From NCBI GenBank assembly GCA_013115145.1, contig JAAPAO010000022.1, forward strand, positions 62,001 through 126,000: a stretch of 64,000 nt of DNA, given 5' to 3'. The first letter of the stretch is position 1. Each line of letters opens with the position of its first letter. The stretch is from Perkinsus chesapeaki ATCC PRA-425 (Eukaryota; Protista; Perkinsozoa). Positions 56,962 to 64,000 of the stretch are shown in pieces. The translations under genes were made by a program, and so were the position numbers. Below the pieces are notes generated by a model, which was not told where the DNA came from, did no database searches, and worked only from the letters and a program-made list of their open reading frames with translations.

Positions 56962-58240
56962 TTACGGCAAGAATGAGTTGCTCGAATAGCCAAGGTGATG
57001 AGCTCTGGAAGCAGCTTCCCTCATTTTTGCACTTGATGATATTTCATAAGGTCGCCCTCCCCCTTTCTGGAACTGTGTGGTAGTTAGCACTGTGGCATGT
57101 TTATACCACTCCAACTTCTTCCTAGCTCCTCCTCCGATGAGCACGGTACTCAATGAGGTGATGGTTAGTAGGCATGTTAGCCTTCAGGCACGACAGCGTG
57201 GTTCGCCTTGCCATCGCTCAGTTTGCTTATGTCTATCGCATGACACAGCCTAAGGACCCTCCACATTGAGCACAGCATGCCCTCTAACTTGCTGTCTACA
57301 TCAGCTCTGCGTTGCGCTATTAGTTATTTGTTATTCGTTGGCAGTTGGTTGAATGTTGTTATTTTGATATGGTGTTCGGCGGAAGCTTTATGAAGCCACC
57401 GGTGCGGTATCCAGACGTCCAGGAGGATGCTCGCTCGCCGAAGGACGCTGGGCTGATATCGGTAGGTCATTGAGTGGTTTGTGGTATGATATGGCCCTAC
57501 CTTCAGAGAGGGGACTTGAGACAGATTCGAGGGACATGGCGCAGCTTAGGACAAACCTGCCTTTTCGTAAGCCATTGGTTCGCAGTCATCCCGGAGGCGT
57601 GCCAATCTTCGCGCCTCTCTGATCATTAGCATTGGTGTGATGAGCTCCGAGTTGTCCTTTAGTACTCGGCTGACCGTCCAAGCAACAACGGACTTTATTC
57701 GTACCATCTTATACTCAACAGAAGCATTCGGTAAGGCATCATCATCGCAGCTGTTCGAAAGGAGTGCGGTCGTCTGTCAGTCGCTGTAATGAGATCCTGG
57801 ATGTCTTCGTGCCGGAGAAGCCTATTGAGGAATGCCACATTGAGATCATTCAAGTAGGTCACTAGTCGATGATGATAATGATGCACTTGCAGCATTTCAG
57901 GCATTTAAAAGGTGCGAGAATGAAGCCAATCGATCCTATCCCGAGCGAGACATTCGCGTTAAGAATGTAACCCTTCGCTTCTTGCCACTTCCACACATTA
58001 TCGGCAGTTGACTCAATTCCGTCCAGCCTTCACCTCCCGTGAGATGGAGAAGAGTATCCAAGCCAAGATAGAACAAGACCGTCTTGACGCCCTTGAAGAG
58101 GACAAGTATTTGCCGATTACCACGTAGCTGTTTACATGTACTTTTCTCGTCGTTATAACAAGCATTTCTGAGAGCATATCTTTGCTTTGTTTAGCTTCAT
58201 TACTGCCCTCGTTGTGTTGCCGATATCTCGCTGATGAAAA
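56962..58240 (-). CDS. Hypothetical multi-exon protein
   Basis: Short spliceable segments such as LRGNRQILVLFKGVKTVLFYLGLDTLLHLTG, WQEAKGYILNANVSLGIGSIGF and VDSKLEGMLCSMWRVLRLCH. No domain recognised. Confidence 0.4.
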
Positions 58241-58325
58241 CTGTAAAACATGAAACGCTTCGCTCCGCTGTAGTGATCTCTCGCTCGCCCGCGTATTTGG
58301 CGTCTCCTCCTTGCCCGATTCTTGG

Positions 58326-61300
58326 ATGTCTTCTCCCCCTTTCCCTTCGAGTTCATCATCACCTCCGTCGACCCCATCAACCCCATCACCGGCCGCTCCA
58401 CGAGCCATCTCTCGTGGAAGTGTCGCCCAGGACGTCGAAGCTGAGCTCCGTATTATATGTGTTGAATCAAGAAAGAAGTATAGCCAGATTAAGGAACATT
58501 CAGAGCGAGTGATCGCGAAACTGATAGCCAGCAATGGCAATGTCCCAGTGGAGGAGGTCCTCGCTGTTGTTATAGTGGCCTCAGAGACTCACAATCCTAA
58601 GCTAGTGCTGCCTTGCCTTGGGTGCGTTCAAAGGCTTATAATGGGCCAACTTGTGAACACCAGCAAATTGCTGGGAACGGTTGTGACGTATCTGCACGAT
58701 AGAGCCAACGATAGCGATCCAACGGTACAAGTTAAAGCTCTGCAAACCATATTGCTTCTATTAACTCCATCCTTTGCACCATTATTAACCGGCTCTGAGA
58801 TATTCATGGAGCAGCTCTTATCAGCCTGTGTTATCCTATTGGGTAGCGATTCCGGCTTAGTTCGACACACTGCCGTAGCCTGTCTTCGCCAAGTCGCTGA
58901 TTTTTTGATTGATGAAGCCGGCAAGGCTTACCGTAACCTAACTGCGGACGCCCTTGAGAACTTGGGGACGGGTCGCGATGACAGTGGCAGTAGTCGCAAA
59001 GGTCCAAGTGGGTCGTTAATGGTTGAGGCAATGCCTGTGCCAGACAGACTTCCGAGTGGTAATACTGCCTTGCGAGAACATACAGAAGTATCTAGTAGAG
59101 TGTTGTTGTTGTGGTATATCTCAGGTCCACTTCGATTACTATTCCTTTTTGTCCACGACCTGTGCCTTATTTCGATGGGTCGAGCATCACGTGGTGAATG
59201 GCTTGGTGAACTGGCCATATCAAGAGCATTAGCACTAGAGCTTATAGAGAGTACGTAGAGGGGGTTAAAAGAATAACAAAAACAGCAAGAAGACGACGCA
59301 TGATGATTAATATACTATAATACTTGATTATTTTATAACGATATACTGATGGAGCACGTATAGCGGGCCAGTATCTGCCGCCGATTGGGAACAAAGCTCA
59401 TTACACTATTCAACTACTCGACAACGTTCCATTTATTACACTATTAAGACGCTTGGAGAGCTTGATGTTTTAAAAAGGTGCGTTGGCCGCTCAAGCTGAT
59501 GTGTTCGCGTCCCTTCCCGATTTCACGGAACTAGTCCGTCAAGTAGTCGTGCCCACAGTGGAAAGCACTATTGCTGTTTGCCAATATGATTTCAAAGTAA
59601 TAACAATTGAAAGAAGAACTACCGCGCGCCACGAAAAGGTTGCTTTGAACAGGTTCTAATTCGTGCACTAAGAATCGTCTACCGCCTTTGTTCATATCCT
59701 CCTCTGTGTGCCAAACTGCGCCGCGAAATCTGCGGCGAATCCTCAGCTCCTGGCGAGCAGCAGCAGCCGCATTCGGGCCCTCATGGTCCAGTCCGTGGCC
59801 TGGTGCCTCTCATGTTGCGCCAGCTCTTACTGCGGCATGACCGTCCACTGTGGGCTAGGTCGGCCGTGTTGGAAACATTCAGGAAGATCCTGCAGTCTGG
59901 CAACGATGCTGCAGATGGTTTCCTGAACACCCTCTTCCTTGGCTCCTCCAGTAGCGTCTTTACCACTTCCCCGTTGAACGATGATATCCTCGAAAGCGAT
60001 GACAATAGCAGCCCATCGGCATCATCGACGACGAGGGCAACACAAGTGGTAACTGACCCGAAGTCGAATAGGTTCGTGGAGCTTGTCAACAGTCTAAGCC
60101 ATGTACTTCATCATCTCTGGTTTGCATCGGTACCGACTCAGTCCGCTGAAGACATATCTGAAACGGTTGTCTACGATGAGCTGGATACCAACAATGCCAC
60201 TTCAGGCAGCGATCTCCTCACTTTAGGAGTCTCGAGAATCTTTGCCGGCGAAGGTCGAGTGTCCTTACTAGACTGTCTAGCCGATTCAGATGCGCCCAGT
60301 TTCGTGAACCCCTCGTTTGGTGCTGCCATGGCAGCCGACACTATACTGTTGTTAGTGGATCACATCAACACCTGTGCGATGCTCGCTTGCTCCTGGGCGC
60401 CATTGCTGTCCTCCCTGAGCCTTCTCTTGAGCGTCCGCCTTCCCAAGGCTAATGTACAGTCCAACGGCAGCGACATGCTTACTGATGATGAGGAAGCATT
60501 CGATGTGTTCCTTCAAGGCGTTCTCACTGCACTGGAGCGCCTGCTCCTAGGCTGCGCCAAATTCCCTCAGCTCAGTAGTGGCCGAGATAGCTGTCTTGAG
60601 GCACTGGCGAAGGAATCCTTGCCGCGTCGAGGCGCGCAGGAACTTGATTCCCACACAGCAGCCTGCGCGAAAGGGTTTCTGAATATCTGCCATCGCAGCG
60701 GTGAGAAACTGTCCGTGCCTGGATGGTCCCTGGCGCTGCGGACGTTCGAGACCCTCTATCTTCGATTCATCAGCCCAGAGCAGCAGGCCGTGTCAGCCAA
60801 CTCCGACAGCGCCTTGGAATGCCAGATGCTCGCTGTTTCCATGGACTCCTTGTTTTCTACTACCCCCGAGTCCGATGGCTCCTTCATCGACATGGTCAAT
60901 GCTTTGGTCCATCGAGACACTTGTTGGTCCATTCAAAGACTGGCCATGGCCCTGTCATCGGCTGATTCAAGAAGACTTGGTCTGGTTCTTGATAGCATCG
61001 TCACACCTAATCTTAAGGGCAGTACCCACCCCGAGGAAGCTGCCATCTGTATGGGCAAAGTGCTCACTGCTCATATATGCCGACCTGGCTGCTCGACCTC
61101 GAGCCTGATAGAGCCCCTGAAGGCCTTTGCTACATCTGCACCTGAGACCGTGGTGTCCATCCTTAAGGATGTCATGGTCCACTCGCCGGTCTCCTCTAAG
61201 CTGGATGAAGCTGGCTGGGTCTCTCTCAGCGAGCTGGTCCGTGACCTCTGCGATGTTCCCACTGTCGTCGTTGCCAACCAAGCCAACGCTTCCGCAGGAA

Positions 61301-63837
61301 AACGGTCGAGCCGTCTGATGTCCAATCAACTTCACCTATCTGTATATTCCCTCCTGGAGGTCCTCGTTGTTGAGTGCATCGATGTCCTTCCTAATGCCAG
61401 CGTGTCTTTGATAGTAGACGGTCTCCAACGCCTATGCACCAACAGCGTTGTTAACACCTCCTTGAAGGCTCTAGGTCTACTGTGGAACGTGTCTGATGCC
61501 CTAATGAGCCGGATGTCCGGTAGGGTCAGCACTGCAGCCGACCAAAGCCGGCGACACTACAGCACGGGCAGCAGTGATGGTGGCACGCCCACTGTTGAGC
61601 CCATTGTGTGTAACCCTGAGGAAAGCGCCCATTTATGGTTCGACCTGCTCACCAAGTTCAAGAGCGCCTCCTTGGACCCCCGGCCGCCGGTCAGGCACTG
61701 TGCCATCAGGACCATGGTATCGATGCTTAATGCGGCCTGCGGATGCCCACAGGTGGATTCGGCCGCAGCTGTTGGTGTGATGTGTGATACATTGTCAGAA
61801 GTAGTCGAGGCCAGTATGGCAGCCTCCTCTGTGGACACACCCCCACTTGAGGACTCCCCTCGCTACACCCGAGGTTCATCGTCGGAAGGCCTCATTGTCC
61901 ATCATTCGAGAGACTCCCTCCAAAAGCAATGGAACGAGACATGCGTCCTGGCCCTGGAAGGGTCTGTCTCGATTGCCACCAGATATCACCCATATATGAC
62001 CGAGGACCAGTTTGACCGCCCAACTCAGGCCATTCTGGACTTCATTCGCCCTCGGTTGGTAGGCCGTGACGGTGAGGTCCATGGCGCATGCGCCAATGCT
62101 CTGGTGGAGCTCCTCCGTCTTGGTGCTGTCGAGAAGGATGAGAAGCTTTGGTCCGAAGGCTGGCAGCTGGTTGCCTATGTTGCCGATTCTCTGGTAGAGG
62201 AGCCCATCTTGACTGAAGAAGCCAGCGTACTGCTGCCAATAAGCCTTGCCGAGCTGGTCAAGGATCCGCAGTGCTTGGAGGCGTTCCGCGCCGATGATGT
62301 CATTGTTCTAGCCTTGTTGGTGATGGCCACTGTAACGAGGCCATCGATCTTCCTGCAGTCCGCCCTGCCTTTCAAGGACATATGGGTACCCACTACCCTC
62401 ACCAACAGGCCTAGCAAACCGGTTAGGGCCGGAAGTAGCGTCAGCCAAGGCCTATGCGAGGTAACCTCTCGTGGACGGTGTGCAGAGCTCCTCTGGGGCA
62501 AGTCCAGCGATTCGTCCTCATCGATGACAACGCGCTACCGCCGCTTGCCTGAGGTGGTAAAGAGCCCTCTGGTGGAGGCACGTGAGAGAGGTGACGGTCA
62601 TGATGAATGTCACCAGCCAGCCGTAGCCGATGATATTGTATTCTCGAGAACGGTCCAGCGATTGCCCCACAAGTTCATGGAGCTTTGGTCTGTGATAGAT
62701 CTCTTGGCAACGAGTCCGGTCCCTGAAGATTCTCTCGAGGTGTTGGTGCGGCTGTTGTGCAACGGGCTACTCGACGTCAACTACTGCCTTCGGGACTCCC
62801 TCACAGCCGCCCTAGCCGTTCGAGCTGGCACCACTTGCGAGCTCATCGCGCAGAAGCTGCCTGCCTCGGCCGAGGTGAAGCCATCAATCTTGGAGATGAT
62901 GGCATCGACAGCGATGGACTTCATGAGGACCTATTACGCTGGTGGGACTGGCGGTGGTCAATCTTGGAAGGCCAGCGGGTTCTGGCAGCTCAGCTGCGAG
63001 ATAATCTCAACTGGATTGGACCAGCTGCGTTCCATGGTCATTGCCGAGCCCACTGAAGGTTTCTGGTCTGACTGCGTCTCCGAGCTGTGCAAGAGCTTAC
63101 CGGCCGTTTTGAAGATCCATTTCCGCTACTACCAACCTCCTCAGCAACGACCAGTGTCAAGCCCGGCCGCCGGGACCGCCAACGACGCTGTCGACTGGGC
63201 AACCACGTCAGCAGTGGCCATCTTAATAGCTCTTTGCCGCTCCAACTTTGCCGATCCCACAAAGGTCGTTGAATTAACCAGTACGTTGTGTGACACACGA
63301 GGCAGCGGCGACCTCGGCAGATGCGCTCTTCGAGTCCTCTTTGCTGTGGCCAGCCCACGTGGCATCCTTTGGTCAACCGAAGATATGAAAAGCAGCTCGA
63401 TGATGGTGGCAGAGCGATGGGTGGGCCATCGGTACTCTGGAGCAGTCCATCAGCCATCAAGTCCTGTTCCGAGTTCTGTGGGGCGTGACTCTGGTATGGA
63501 CATCAGCCCCCAGCTTCGCAAACTTGGGACCTCCGAGCTGTGTAGGAGGGTCTGTTGCACTTTATCTCAATATGCTGAAGATGACAAGACAACATCATCG
63601 ACCGAGAAGCCTATGCCGCGTCATCGGACCGAACAAGTTCTCTTCGTCCTTGGCCGATTGTGCGAGTCCACCGATCAACAGCTGCTCCTAGCGACCTTGC
63701 CGGCGCTGTCTAGGATTGTGGCGAGTGCTCGTGATGATGATGTTCGGCGAGCAGCGTCAGATGTTTTACTGTGTCTGGCCGACACCCTTGGCAGCAGAGC
63801 TGCTTACAAAGATCTTGTCGGTACAGAGTTTGTGTAA
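58326..63837 (+). CDS. MON2: MON2 (Arf-GEF-related endosome-Golgi trafficking scaffold), few introns near 59.1-59.65 kb
   Basis: N-terminal DCB domain VEAELRIICVESRKKYSQIKE...ETHNPKLVLPCLGCVQRL; VKALQTILLLL; VNTSLKALGLLWNVSD; SLDPRPPVRHCAIRT; C-terminal MPRHRTEQVLFVL. Long final exon 59803-63837. Confidence 0.9.
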
Positions 63838-64000
63838 CAATTGTAGTTTCCTGATTTCTCAGTGTGTCGTTACATTTCGATTTTTCCAGCCTCCCAGCGC
63901 TTCCAGTGACATTAGATCGTTTGAAAATGTCCCACACAAGCGACTCAAAAGACGCCGGGGTTGCCTGGTCCACCACGCCAATCACTGACAACTATATGCG

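Overview
This is intron-rich eukaryotic genomic DNA, not prokaryotic. Short GT-AG introns (about 30-50 nt), very tight gene spacing and the gene families present suggest a Perkinsus-like alveolate; this is an inference and no database search was run. About 29 kb (18.4-47.3 kb) holds two tandem, paralogous, giant multi-exon minus-strand genes. Each encodes an unrecognised N-terminal region, a hypervariable acidic insert and a long array of EF-hand loops (about 20 in copy A, about 12 in copy B). Other genes are a DUF4833-like protein, an intronless pepsin-family aspartyl protease, two paralogous double-PB1-like proteins, an INCENP (IN-box) homologue, an intronless glycosyltransferase-like protein, proteasome subunit RPN12, a PPPDE/DeSI peptidase, MON2 and several hypotheticals. 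Non-coding highlights are chains of overlapping odd-centred palindromes at 6-14 kb (one apparently generated by template switching), a perfect 43-bp hairpin, a recurrent CGCCACRAAA motif and several minisatellites. Splice sites were read by hand, so boundaries of multi-exon genes are approximate.
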